DNA of 64,000 bases from an uncultured Acidimicrobiia bacterium (GTDB lineage Bacteria > Acidobacteriota > Terriglobia > Versatilivoradales > Versatilivoraceae), in NCBI GenBank assembly GCA_963786955.1, contig CAWBAT010000004.1, forward strand, positions 224,001-288,000, written 5' to 3'. Within the stretch, counting starts at the first letter, position 1; the number at the start of each line of letters is the position of its first letter. Positions 49,412-59,120 of the stretch are shown in pieces. The notes under the pieces were generated by a model. It saw only the letters and a list, made by a program, of their open reading frames with translations. It had not been told where the DNA came from and did not search any database. Made by a program: the position numbers and the translations under genes.

Positions 49412-51775
49412 TTACAGAATTCGATTCAAAATCTCAAGGGCCACTTGCTTGCTCAGGTCACCCGCAATCCCTTGGGGACCCACGCAACTGGGACAGCCCT
49501 CTTTGCAAGGGCAACTGCGAATGAGGCGGGCGGTTTCCTGTAAGACGCGGTCGTGCATCTCGTAAAGGGGCACGCTCAATCCTATCCCTCCGGGGTAATT
49601 GTCATAGATGAAGATATTCGGTTCGAAAAGTCCTGCGCCAATTCCTGCCCCGGATGGAGGAATCGAGCCGGTGGATGGCCCGTTGGAGTCCAGGGGATGG
49701 TTTTCTTCAATCGTGACCTGAATATCTCTCGCATCACACATCAAAAACAAGGCGGCCATCTGACGCATCGCCTCAGCCAGACCGCGTACTCCGCCAAGTC
49801 GAACCGAAGGCGAATAGGGGAGTGTGTCCATCAGCTCACGAGGGAGTGTCAGCCAGTAGGAGGTCGTATGCATTTCTTGCTCGGGTAATTCCAGGTCGCC
49901 GGCTCCCACATTTTCAAGCGTATAGAATTTGATTTTCTTGAACCCAACCACTTGGGTCGTGAAGTGAATTTCACCATGATTTCGGACCGAATTCCTAAGG
50001 GGGTCGCTCTCAAAAGCTTCGAGTATCTTGGCTTTGGTATATGAGATGGCATCTGTGAAGTAGTCTGTCTCGACTTGTCTTACATGAGCTCGCCTCTCTT
50101 TGTAATCGAGTTTTTCAACAAAATATTGACGCCCTTCATGAATATAGATCGCTTTTTCATGCAGAGTCGTTAACGCGCTGGGGAAATCCACCTTGCTCAT
50201 GATCTTCGGCTCCGCCGTAATATCGAGCACGACAAAATTATCGGAACTTACCGATCGCAAACTCACTGCGTCGGCAGGGTAAGATTCACTGGTCCAATGC
50301 CATTGATCCTGGGCCCGGTGGACAAAACCATTCTCTTCAAGGTACTTCAAAATTTCTTCAACCTCCAAACTGCCAAATTTCTCCCCTTGGCGGAAGGGCA
50401 ATTCAAATACGGCGCATTTGACGTGGTTGAGCAGAATCTCCAGATTATTAGGATTCACGAGTCCATGCTCGGGAGACTGTCCAAAGAAGTAGGCAGGATT
50501 CTGGATGATGAACTGGTCGAGAGGAGCACTGCTCGCAACCAGCACAGCCGCAGAAGTCCCGGAGCGTCTTCCGGAGCGTCCGGCCCGCTGCCAGGTGGAG
50601 GCAATCGTCCCGGAATAGCCCGCCATGACGCACACTTCGAGACTCCCAATGTCAACACCCAATTCCAGCGCGCTCGTCGCGACCACACCTAGAATCTTCC
50701 CTTCACGAAGGCCCTTTTCAATCTCGCGGCGCTCTAAAGGCAAATAACCGCCACGGTAGCCACGGATTAATTCTTTGGAAAGTACGCTTTTTTCTAACGC
50801 ATCTTTCAGATAGGTGACCAGAATCTCAGTGACCAGCCGGCTATTGGCAAAGACAATTGTTTGCAACCCCCGTTTGAGGAAGTTCAGGGCGATTTTACGC
50901 GTCTCATTGACGTACGATCTTCGAATTCCCAATTGCTTATTGACCACCGGAGGATTATAAAAAACAAAATATTTCTCTCCCCGAGGAGCTCCGTTATTAC
51001 TAATGAGCTCGACTTCTTCTTCTAGAAGCTTCTCCGCGAGATCCTTCGGATTGGCAATGGTGGCCGAACAACAGATGAACTGCGGGTGAGAACCATAAAA
51101 CGCACAAATTCGTTTCATACGGCGCAACACATTGGTCAGATGGCTTCCAAAGACACCGCGGTAAGTATGGAGTTCGTCAATCACTACATATTTCAGGTTC
51201 TCAAAAAGCTGCACCCACTTGGTGTGATGAGGGAGAATCCCTGCATGCAGCATATCCGGGTTGCTGACCACCACGTGACCTTGGCTTCGAATAGCCTTTC
51301 GCGCGTCTTGCGGCGTGTCCCCATCATAAGTAAACGTCTTGATGTCTTTCCCGGAAAGCTGAATCAACTGATAGAGCTCTTCCATCTGGTCTTGGGCCAG
51401 CGCCTTGGTAGGAAAGAGGTAGAGGGCGCGCGACTCGGGGTTTGAGAAAAGGGTGTTCAAAACGGGGAGGTTATAACAAAGGGTTTTGCCAGAAGCCGTC
51501 GGGGTGACAACCACAACATTCTTGCGATTGAGAACTGCTTCGATCGCGTCCGCCTGATGGGCATAGAGCTTTTCAATACCGCGTCGATGGAAGATTTCCT
51601 GAACATCACCCGTGACGCTTTTGGGGAAATCGGCCCACTGGGCTTCTTGTGCAGGATAATGCTCCACATGGGCAATACAATCGCCCCACTCTCGTTGGCG
51701 ACAGAGGTCGTCAACGATTCGTGCAATGGATAATTTCCCTTCTGCGGCTATCAGTGAACGTCGTTGCTCAGCCAT
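49412..51775 (-). CDS. DEAD/DEAH-box helicase with DUF1998 (YprA/MrfA-like)
   Basis: TPTASGKT, FPTKALAQDQ, DELH, SATIAN, ALELGVDIG, QRAGRSGR; C-terminal MCD...YDNYPGGIG...CPCKEGCPSC. Confidence 0.92.
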   Translation of the reverse strand: MAEQRRSLIAAEGKLSIARIVDDLCRQREWGDCIAHVEHYPAQEAQWADFPKSVTGDVQEIFHRRGIEKLYAHQADAIEAVLNRKNVVVVTPTASGKTLCYNLPVLNTLFSNPESRALYLFPTKALAQDQMEELYQLIQLSGKDIKTFTYDGDTPQDARKAIRSQGHVVVSNPDMLHAGILPHHTKWVQLFENLKYVVIDELHTYRGVFGSHLTNVLRRMKRICAFYGSHPQFICCSATIANPKDLAEKLLEEEVELISNNGAPRGEKYFVFYNPPVVNKQLGIRRSYVNETRKIALNFLKRGLQTIVFANSRLVTEILVTYLKDALEKSVLSKELIRGYRGGYLPLERREIEKGLREGKILGVVATSALELGVDIGSLEVCVMAGYSGTIASTWQRAGRSGRRSGTSAAVLVASSAPLDQFIIQNPAYFFGQSPEHGLVNPNNLEILLNHVKCAVFELPFRQGEKFGSLEVEEILKYLEENGFVHRAQDQWHWTSESYPADAVSLRSVSSDNFVVLDITAEPKIMSKVDFPSALTTLHEKAIYIHEGRQYFVEKLDYKERRAHVRQVETDYFTDAISYTKAKILEAFESDPLRNSVRNHGEIHFTTQVVGFKKIKFYTLENVGAGDLELPEQEMHTTSYWLTLPRELMDTLPYSPSVRLGGVRGLAEAMRQMAALFLMCDARDIQVTIEENHPLDSNGPSTGSIPPSGAGIGAGLFEPNIFIYDNYPGGIGLSVPLYEMHDRVLQETARLIRSCPCKEGCPSCVGPQGIAGDLSKQVALEILNRIL

Positions 51776-51869
51776 ATTCCTCAGATTCTCTATTCTAACA
51801 GTTGGATATTCCGATTAACCTGCTTATGCCTGCATGCTCCCTTGTTCCCTCGTCCTTGCAACTGGTTCC

Positions 51870-53903
51870 TTACTTTAAGTACGTGTCCAGCCACTCGATG
51901 AATGTCTGGTACCAGAACTGGCTGTTTTTCGGTTTTGTGATCCAATGGCCTTCGTCCGGAAAATACAGCATTTTCGAAGGAACTTTTTGTCGCTGCAAAG
52001 CGGTAAACAGCTGAAACCCTTCACCCACGGGGACCCGAAAGTCTAACTCGCCATGAATGACCAGCATCGGAGTTTTGAAGTTCTTGACGAAATGGTGAGG
52101 CGACCATTGCTCGTAAGATTGTCGATTCGTCCAGGGCGTGCCCTTAAACTCCCATTCCGGAAACCACAGTTCCTCGGTGACACCATACTTACTGGTTAAG
52201 TTGAAGACGCCCGCATGAGACACCAAGCATTTAAACCGGTCCGAATGGCCGGCAATCCAGTTGACCATGTAACCACCATAAGATGCGCCTCCGGCTGCCA
52301 TCCGGTCTGGATCAACGTACCCCAGAGTCAGCACGTGGTCAACAGCCTTCATCAAATCTTGGTAAGCCTTCCCTCCCCAGTCATCACGAATTTCATCCGT
52401 AAAGCGCTGCCCAAACGTCGGGCTTCCGCGAGGATTGGGCATAAGCACGACATACCCCTGGTTGGCGAAGATGTTTGCGTTCCATCGATAGTGAAACGAG
52501 TCACTCCATACCTGCTGGGGTCCTCCGTGAACGAGCAACAACAACGGATATTTCCTTTTCGGGTCAAAGCCCGGGGGGGTAACGATCCAAGCCTGAATTC
52601 TCGTTCCATCTGCCCCATCAAACCAAATGGACTGAGGTTCTGGCAGAGCAAGATCTGACAAGAGGGATTGGTTGAGGCGGGTCAGCGCCGTAAGCTGGCT
52701 GCCGTCGGATTTCGATGAATATATTTCAAATGGCGTGGTGAAACTTTGCTGCAAGAAAACCAGTCGTTTGCCATCCGGGCTGACCTGCAGGTCTTCATTG
52801 AAGTGTGAGTCGATGAGCTTACGGTTTAATCGGGTTTGGATGTCTAACTGATAGACCGGGTATAGAGCTTGATCGCCTGCAATCAAATAAAGACTCTTCG
52901 AATCCGGACTCCAAACAAAATTCTCCACACTTTGGTCCACGTCACGGGTGAGGCTATTGATGCTGCCGCTCTTGCGATCATACACCAGCAAATGCCAGCA
53001 ATCCGCTTCGTAGCCGGAGCGTTGCTGTGATCTGAAGGCAATGAACTGCCCATCCGGGGAGTAGAGTGGCGATTGATCAGCGCCTGCATTCGTCGTGATC
53101 TTCCTGGCCTCCTGGCTATGGTCCACAGGAACGACAAAGAGGTCCTTATTCGTGTTCAGCGCTTCATCTTGGTCGATGTTTCTGGCGAAGCACATTTCTT
53201 TGCCATCCGGAGAAAAGGCATAATCGTCAGGTCCCCCCAATGAAAAAGGCGGAACATCATAATCTCCCGGGGAGAGATCGCGCGGGATACCCCCTTCGGC
53301 TGGAACGACAAAAAGGTGGCTCCGCTTCCCGTCCTTCCAGGAGTTCCAATGGCGGTAGAGAAGCCGGTCAAGGGTTCGGGCTTGGATCGGATTTGCAACT
53401 CTTTGTTTCTCTCGTTCCGAGTTACATCGGATATCGGGACAGTCTGGGTAGACATTGGAAACAAATGCTAAATTCTTGCCGTCGGGTGACCAAAGCACGC
53501 CGGAAGCTTCCAATCCGCCGGTTTTGACTGAGCTCGTTTCCCCTGAGTCAAGGGAAAGGATCCAAAGCTGAGGAATTCCGGAGCGGTTCGAAACAAAAAC
53601 AATCCGTTTGCTGTCGGGTGACCAGCGGGGTCTTTCATTATTCTTTGAGCCTTGCGTTATCTGACGAGGCTCTCCGCCTGAGGCAGGCACTAACCAGATG
53701 TCACTGTTAAGAGTATTCTTTTCAAGATCAGCGACCGTCACTGTAAAGGCCACCCACCTTCCATCCGGTGAGAGCTGTGGATCTGAAACTCGCTGAATCT
53801 TAATCATTTCTTCGAAGCGGAAAGGCCGTTTAGCAACTGCTTCGGAAGGTGACTGAAATACAAGGATCATTAGAGAACCGATCAACCAATGGCGCCATCG
53901 CAT
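51870..53903 (-). CDS. S9 family peptidase (acylaminoacyl/dipeptidyl peptidase)
   Basis: Signal peptide, PD40/WD40-like repeats (SPDG), HGGP, GASYGG nucleophile, DFRVP, EGH. Confidence 0.92.
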   Translation of the reverse strand: MRWRHWLIGSLMILVFQSPSEAVAKRPFRFEEMIKIQRVSDPQLSPDGRWVAFTVTVADLEKNTLNSDIWLVPASGGEPRQITQGSKNNERPRWSPDSKRIVFVSNRSGIPQLWILSLDSGETSSVKTGGLEASGVLWSPDGKNLAFVSNVYPDCPDIRCNSEREKQRVANPIQARTLDRLLYRHWNSWKDGKRSHLFVVPAEGGIPRDLSPGDYDVPPFSLGGPDDYAFSPDGKEMCFARNIDQDEALNTNKDLFVVPVDHSQEARKITTNAGADQSPLYSPDGQFIAFRSQQRSGYEADCWHLLVYDRKSGSINSLTRDVDQSVENFVWSPDSKSLYLIAGDQALYPVYQLDIQTRLNRKLIDSHFNEDLQVSPDGKRLVFLQQSFTTPFEIYSSKSDGSQLTALTRLNQSLLSDLALPEPQSIWFDGADGTRIQAWIVTPPGFDPKRKYPLLLLVHGGPQQVWSDSFHYRWNANIFANQGYVVLMPNPRGSPTFGQRFTDEIRDDWGGKAYQDLMKAVDHVLTLGYVDPDRMAAGGASYGGYMVNWIAGHSDRFKCLVSHAGVFNLTSKYGVTEELWFPEWEFKGTPWTNRQSYEQWSPHHFVKNFKTPMLVIHGELDFRVPVGEGFQLFTALQRQKVPSKMLYFPDEGHWITKPKNSQFWYQTFIEWLDTYLK

Positions 53904-54190
53904 GAATCGTTACCCCTCATCTCCGGAAAAGAAAATGGACCCTACCTCGAGTAGGATTGTCTTCCCCATATTATTAGAATCCGTTCCCTTATCTTCTTTG
54001 GCCATAACCGCGGACCCTCTCACTGCGTGGCCCAACCCCCATTTTTGGTTTCTCGAAATATTCTGGAGAGCACTCTCAGAAGTCTACTTGTGCGTCGGTT
54101 ATCGGCTGACCCTTGGTATGACGAGTGGAGATCCAGACTAATCCGCCACTCACGCTGGGAACAGCACTCTTCGATCAAATGGCTCTCCAC

Positions 54191-55342
54191 TTAGTACCGA
54201 CCAAACTCCAGCGCGGCATCGTACATGGCAAGAATATTCTCAGGCGGCACATCGGATTGAATATTATGGACGTTGTTAAAGACATATCCACCGCCAGGCT
54301 TAAAGGCTTCGATATTGCGGCGAATGCTCTCTCGTACTTCCTCTGGCGTCCCTCTCGGGAGGACGTGCTGAGAATCGATGGCCCCACCCCAAAAAGACAA
54401 TTTGTCGCCGTATTCTGCCTTGAGCTTTGTGGGATCCATCCCTTTTGCCGAAATCTGCACTGGATTGAGGATGTCGACACCGTTATCCAGTAAATCCGGA
54501 ATGTATTCCACCACAGCCCCACAAGAGTGGTACCAGATTTTGGCCGGTGTGCGGGATTTGATGTACTGGACGAGGCGCTTTTGCCGCGGTTTGATCAACG
54601 CCCGATAGATTGAAGGTGAGAAGAGAGGGCCCTTTTGGCCAGCGAGATCGTCACCGATCATAATGACATCCACGACGTCACCCACCTCCGCCAGAAATAA
54701 GCGGAACCAGTCCAACCAGAATTTCAGCATGCGATCAAGAAGTGTTTCCAAAATCTCCGGGCGTTCCATCATGTCGGTAAATAGGTTCTCAAGACCTCGA
54801 AGGTACCAGCAATATTCGTAGACCACTCCGGAAATACCGCTCACGACGGCAAAAGGAGTATCGCGTTTGAGCGTCAGAACCCGTTCACGGAGGCCTTCAA
54901 ATCTTGAGGGATCATCTCCTTGAGGAAAAGGATAGTTTTTGATTTGTTCTAAGGACAACCCGGCTAAAGGGGAATGGGAGATGTCAAAGTAATTCGGGGA
55001 GCGGTCAGGCATAGACCAGGTAACCCCAAACTCATCCGTAAAATCTTGCCAGATTTGCCCATCTCGCGTTCGATGGACGACATCCCCTTTAAATCTTCCC
55101 GCTCCTCTGGCCCAAACGTAACGGGTGTCCACGTGAAGCCGCTGGAGTATGGCCTCGGAAGGTTTGGCGAGCTGTTGTACGATATCCAGGATGACCAATT
55201 CTTCTTTCAGGCCTAGGTGACCGATCAACTTCTGGTAAGCAAACTTATGAATCCCGGTTTGATTCCCTCCGAAATCAATGGGGACTCGATCTGGCTCGCG
55301 ATGTTCGAGTGCAGTCAAGAGTCGCTCTCTGGACGTTGGCAT
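54191..55342 (-). CDS. Uroporphyrinogen decarboxylase / MtaA-CmuA family protein
   Basis: TSRER, PDRVP, DEFG, GDD, HSCG, LNPVQ, FWGG, GGGYVF, HNIQ. Confidence 0.85.
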   Translation of the reverse strand: MPTSRERLLTALEHREPDRVPIDFGGNQTGIHKFAYQKLIGHLGLKEELVILDIVQQLAKPSEAILQRLHVDTRYVWARGAGRFKGDVVHRTRDGQIWQDFTDEFGVTWSMPDRSPNYFDISHSPLAGLSLEQIKNYPFPQGDDPSRFEGLRERVLTLKRDTPFAVVSGISGVVYEYCWYLRGLENLFTDMMERPEILETLLDRMLKFWLDWFRLFLAEVGDVVDVIMIGDDLAGQKGPLFSPSIYRALIKPRQKRLVQYIKSRTPAKIWYHSCGAVVEYIPDLLDNGVDILNPVQISAKGMDPTKLKAEYGDKLSFWGGAIDSQHVLPRGTPEEVRESIRRNIEAFKPGGGYVFNNVHNIQSDVPPENILAMYDAALEFGRY

Positions 55343-55617
55343 GGGGGTCTCCTTGTCGGACTTTCTTCTAGCGGCTTAGTGATTGAAGGAAACAATGATT
55401 GATGATGATCCGAAATCACTTTAGACCCTGATGCATTGAAAGGCATCAGGAACTGTATGAGGAATCTCAGAGTGATGATAAGATTCCCTCTGAATTGAAG
55501 TCAAATCATTTGCCTGTTCCGCCTCTGGAAGGGACACTTCGACGGAAGGGGTGGGGAACCGTGGCAGATCAATTTCTTGAACGCAGTCATCTTTCGTAAA
55601 TGGAGAAATTAAGCCCA

Positions 55618-57264
55618 ATGCACAAGCTTATTCTGAAAAGAATCATTGTCAGCTCGGTCATAGGAATGATCGCACTTGTTTCCCAACCGCATGTCGATGC
55701 GGCTTCCGGCCCGGCTGTCTTCAATGTCAAGGATTATGGAGCCACCGGAAAGAAGGGTGATAACGCTCTTCCGGCCATTCAGAAGGCTATTGAAGCCTGC
55801 TCCGCTGCCGGAGGGGGCATGGTCTACCTCCCCCCTGGTGAATACACTTCCGGCCAGATTCGATTGCGTAGTCATGTGCGTTTTCATATCGAGGGCGGGG
55901 CTACTCTGTATGCCACCATGGATAACTCCGCTTACGAAAAAGCCCATTGGGCAGCCTTAATCTATGGGCAGGATCTCGAGGACATCAGCATCGAAGGCCG
56001 TGGAACTCTCGACGGCCAGAGTGAGTATGAATGGCATTTGGATGACATCGATGACGCCTATATTCGTTCGAATAGCTTATTGATGAAATCATTGGGGAAG
56101 CCTTTGATGCGCCCATTCCCGAAAGGCATCCCGAATGAGACGATTTATCCCCGACTGCTCCTGCTCGTCCGCTGCAAAGATGTCCGCATTACGGGTCTAT
56201 CCTTCATACGCTCCCGCAGTTGGAACATTAACCCTTATGCCTGCGAACGCGTTGTGATCGATGGGATCTACGTGCATAGCAGCCTGAAAGAAGGCGTGTG
56301 GGCCGACGGCATTGACCCTGATGGCTGCAAGGACCTGCATATCAGTAACAGCACGATTGAAACCGGTGATGATGCCCTGGTGTTTTATTCTTCCAATGCG
56401 TTTGGGCCCCCTTTGGCCTGCGAAAACATTACGGTAACCAACTGCCGGTTTTCTTCGGCTTCCAGTGCAATCAAATTTTGTGATGGCAATATGGTCGCCG
56501 TCCGGAAAGTGGTCATCGATAATTGTGTGATCACAAGTTCTAATCGGGGAATCGCGTTCATGGTGTTTAACAAAGGGTACGTCAGTGACGTCATTCTTTC
56601 CAACCTCACCGTGGAAACAATTGCCTTCGACTGGTTCTGGTGGGGAGATGGGGATCCCATCCACTTCAACATCAAGCGCACCAGCGATCTGGACCCGCGT
56701 CAACCGAAAGACACGCCGATTGGGTCCATTCGCAACGTTCTGCTGAAAAATATCATTGCCCGTGGCAAGGGGACTTCCATGATCAATGGGCATCCCGAAA
56801 GTTATTTGGAGGGAGTGAGTCTGGAAAGTATTCGGCTCTTCCTTTCATCTGACCCGACTGCTTACGGCCAAAAGGCAGTTCATGCCATGCAGTTCCGCTG
56901 GGCAAAAGACCTGAAGCTCAAGGATGTCGATGTCATCTGGGACAAACCGGAATCCAATAAATGGGAGAGTGCCCTTTACCTGCAGGATATTCAGGGCCTC
57001 GAGATCGATGAATTTACCGGAAGGCAGGCAAAGCTGGAGACAGAGACTCCTGCCGTAGTTCTCGATCAGGTCGAGGACGCCATGATCCGTAACTCAGCAC
57101 CACGCGAGGGAACTAAAGTCTTCTTGAGTGTCCTCGGAGACAAGAGCAATGGGATTTTTTTGTTGAATAATGACCTCCGAAAAGTAAAAGTTCCGTTCCG
57201 CGTGCAGGCCGGGGTTAAGAGCGGCGCGGTTCAATCCTTGAACAGTATCGGCGCTCCAAAATAG
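55618..57264 (+). CDS. Glycoside hydrolase family 28-like beta-helix protein
   Basis: Signal peptide, FNVKDYGATG, AIQKAI, DGIDPDGC, TGDDAL. Confidence 0.82.
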   Translation: MHKLILKRIIVSSVIGMIALVSQPHVDAASGPAVFNVKDYGATGKKGDNALPAIQKAIEACSAAGGGMVYLPPGEYTSGQIRLRSHVRFHIEGGATLYATMDNSAYEKAHWAALIYGQDLEDISIEGRGTLDGQSEYEWHLDDIDDAYIRSNSLLMKSLGKPLMRPFPKGIPNETIYPRLLLLVRCKDVRITGLSFIRSRSWNINPYACERVVIDGIYVHSSLKEGVWADGIDPDGCKDLHISNSTIETGDDALVFYSSNAFGPPLACENITVTNCRFSSASSAIKFCDGNMVAVRKVVIDNCVITSSNRGIAFMVFNKGYVSDVILSNLTVETIAFDWFWWGDGDPIHFNIKRTSDLDPRQPKDTPIGSIRNVLLKNIIARGKGTSMINGHPESYLEGVSLESIRLFLSSDPTAYGQKAVHAMQFRWAKDLKLKDVDVIWDKPESNKWESALYLQDIQGLEIDEFTGRQAKLETETPAVVLDQVEDAMIRNSAPREGTKVFLSVLGDKSNGIFLLNNDLRKVKVPFRVQAGVKSGAVQSLNSIGAPK

Positions 57265-57379
57265 TAAACACCGATCCACTTTCCCGACAATTTTCGGAGC
57301 TGGCTAGGAACTCTTAAAATCCGGAGCCGAGCTTACCGGACTCACTTCTTGCGAAAAATGCATCTCAAAGGAATATTCC

Positions 57380-57754
57380 ATGCCAACTTTTGTCGAGAGA
57401 CCTACCATTATTCAGGCCGCGGGAAACAAGCCCAAGATCATTGAAGAATTTATCGGACGGGTCAACACGCAGACGGAGACCGTGAGCGTCGCGCGGATGC
57501 GAAGTCCCAGTGGCTGGTTTGAGCCCGGACAAGTTCCTGAATTTGACGAATATACTCTCGTCTTGAGAGGGACGCTTCACGTCAAGACTCAGCAAAAGGA
57601 ATTTCACGTCCGGGCCGGAGAAGCCGTCATTGCCCACCGAGGAGAATGGGTCCAATATAGCAGCCCCGATCCGGACGGTGCCGAATACATTGCTGTTTGC
57701 GTACCCGCCTTTTCCCCGGAGACCGTTCATCGGGAAGAATCATCACAATCATAA
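57380..57754 (+). CDS. Cupin domain protein (EutQ-like)
   Basis: AAGNKPKIIEEFIGRV, EPGQVPEFDEYTLV, YIAVCVPAFSP; SD AAGGA. Confidence 0.85.
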   Translation: MPTFVERPTIIQAAGNKPKIIEEFIGRVNTQTETVSVARMRSPSGWFEPGQVPEFDEYTLVLRGTLHVKTQQKEFHVRAGEAVIAHRGEWVQYSSPDPDGAEYIAVCVPAFSPETVHREESSQS

Positions 57755-58087
57755 CCATTAGGATCCGCCCTGAGTCGATTTTATACGATAGGCGCGCTTG
57801 CATCGTCGCGGGAAGTCTCGGTTGCCTGCATCGGCCTGAAAACCCGTGTCAAGCAGATCCATTGCGGGGAACCATTGCGGTACCCCTTTCCTTCTCAATC
57901 TGAAGCCGACGTAAACTCTTGGGATCTCACGGTTCCCTTCTCTGGCTCTGGCATGGGACTCACGGCTAGTGGAATAGGCTTCTAGCCCGGACTTCCACAC
58001 CAACTGGGCGTATCGCGATGAATGCGAGGACCCATTCTTGACATCAAACTTAGCCTAGTCCGGATTTCTCACCACCAGCGCCGCATT

Positions 58088-58172
58088 CCCCCTCATCCCC
58101 GACCCCCTCTCCCGCGTTGGGCGAGGGGAGCCGATAATTCATTATTGGGTTCCTCTTTCCAAGGGAGAGAGG
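58088..58172. repeat. CCCTCTCCC/GGGAGAGG-type palindromic repeat
   Basis: CCCCTCATCCCCGACCCCTCTCCCGCGTTGGGCGAGGGGAG and CCTCTTTCC-aa-GGGAGAGG. Confidence 0.5.
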
Positions 58173-58388
58173 ACGTGGAAAGAAATTGTCGAACTGTTTG
58201 TAGGGAACGCTCGCCGCAGCTTTCCCTACGTTGCCAAGGAGCTCTGAATTTAAATCGCTTCGCTACTCTACTTCTGTTTTCCCCCGGCGGTGAGAAATCC
58301 GGGCTAACTTCCTCAACACTCTTTCTTCAGGCCCTCCCTCCTGACTCCTTGGCAATCTCCTGAAACCATTTGACCGAGGCACCAACCT

Positions 58389-58412
58389 ATGTTAGTAATT
58401 AATTACGAACAT
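58389..58412. promoter_or_regulatory. Probable TetR operator
   Basis: 24-bp palindrome ATGTTAGTAATTAATTACGAACAT (one mismatched pair) downstream of TTGACC and upstream of the TetR gene. Confidence 0.7.
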
Positions 58413-58454
58413 GGGTCTTCCATTTGGAGGACCGCATGTTGTGGGAAGGACCGT

Positions 58455-59120
58455 ATGTTAAAAAACACCGACCTCGTTCCAAAAGTTGCCGTGCATAAAA
58501 TGCCGTCACCCCAGCGTCGGCACCAGATTATCCAGGTCGCAATGGATCTTTTCTCCCGCAAGGGTTTTGATGGGACCACCACTCGGGAGATTTCCAAAGC
58601 AGCCGGCGTGAGCGAGGCCATCATCTTCAGACACTTTGCCACCAAAGAAGATCTTTATGCTGCGATTATTGATTTCCTCATCTGCGATGAGAGTGCAACC
58701 TTCTACTCCGAAATCGGCCAAGCCATGCAATCCAAAGACGATATGGCGGTCTTTGAATCAGTCGCTTTCAAGATCTTGGAAACTCATCGGCGGGAGCCCG
58801 AACTGCTTCGTTTGCTTCTCTACAGCGGGCTCGAGGGGCACAAACTTTCTCTTTTGTTTATGGAAACTCAGGTTCGCCCCGTTTATGAGTGGCTCGGGAA
58901 CTATATCGCCCGGCGAATGTCCGAGAAGATCTTCCGGAAGACGGACCCTATGATTCTAGTCCGCGCCTTCATGGGGATGGTGAGTCATCACTCCTTGATC
59001 CGGATCATCTATAAGGATCCGCTATTACAAAAAACCAACAAAGAGATGGCCCGAGAATTCTCTAAAGTCTTCCTGGAAGGCGTTCTCATCCGGCCTTCAC
59101 GAAAGAAGCGGTCGTCATGA
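58455..59120 (+). CDS. TetR/AcrR family transcriptional regulator
   Basis: HTH LFSRKGFDGTTTREISKAAGVSEAIIFRHFATKEDL; ATG 58455 after GAAGGA. Confidence 0.9.
   Translation: MLKNTDLVPKVAVHKMPSPQRRHQIIQVAMDLFSRKGFDGTTTREISKAAGVSEAIIFRHFATKEDLYAAIIDFLICDESATFYSEIGQAMQSKDDMAVFESVAFKILETHRREPELLRLLLYSGLEGHKLSLLFMETQVRPVYEWLGNYIARRMSEKIFRKTDPMILVRAFMGMVSHHSLIRIIYKDPLLQKTNKEMAREFSKVFLEGVLIRPSRKKRSS

Noticed and set aside
55345-55600. Possible cobalamin riboswitch upstream of the UroD/MtaA-family gene
   Set aside because: Only small hairpins; conserved B12-box elements not found
57758-58363. Short ORFs (81 and 113 aa) between the cupin and TetR genes
   Set aside because: No motifs; they overlap palindromic repeats and regulatory DNA
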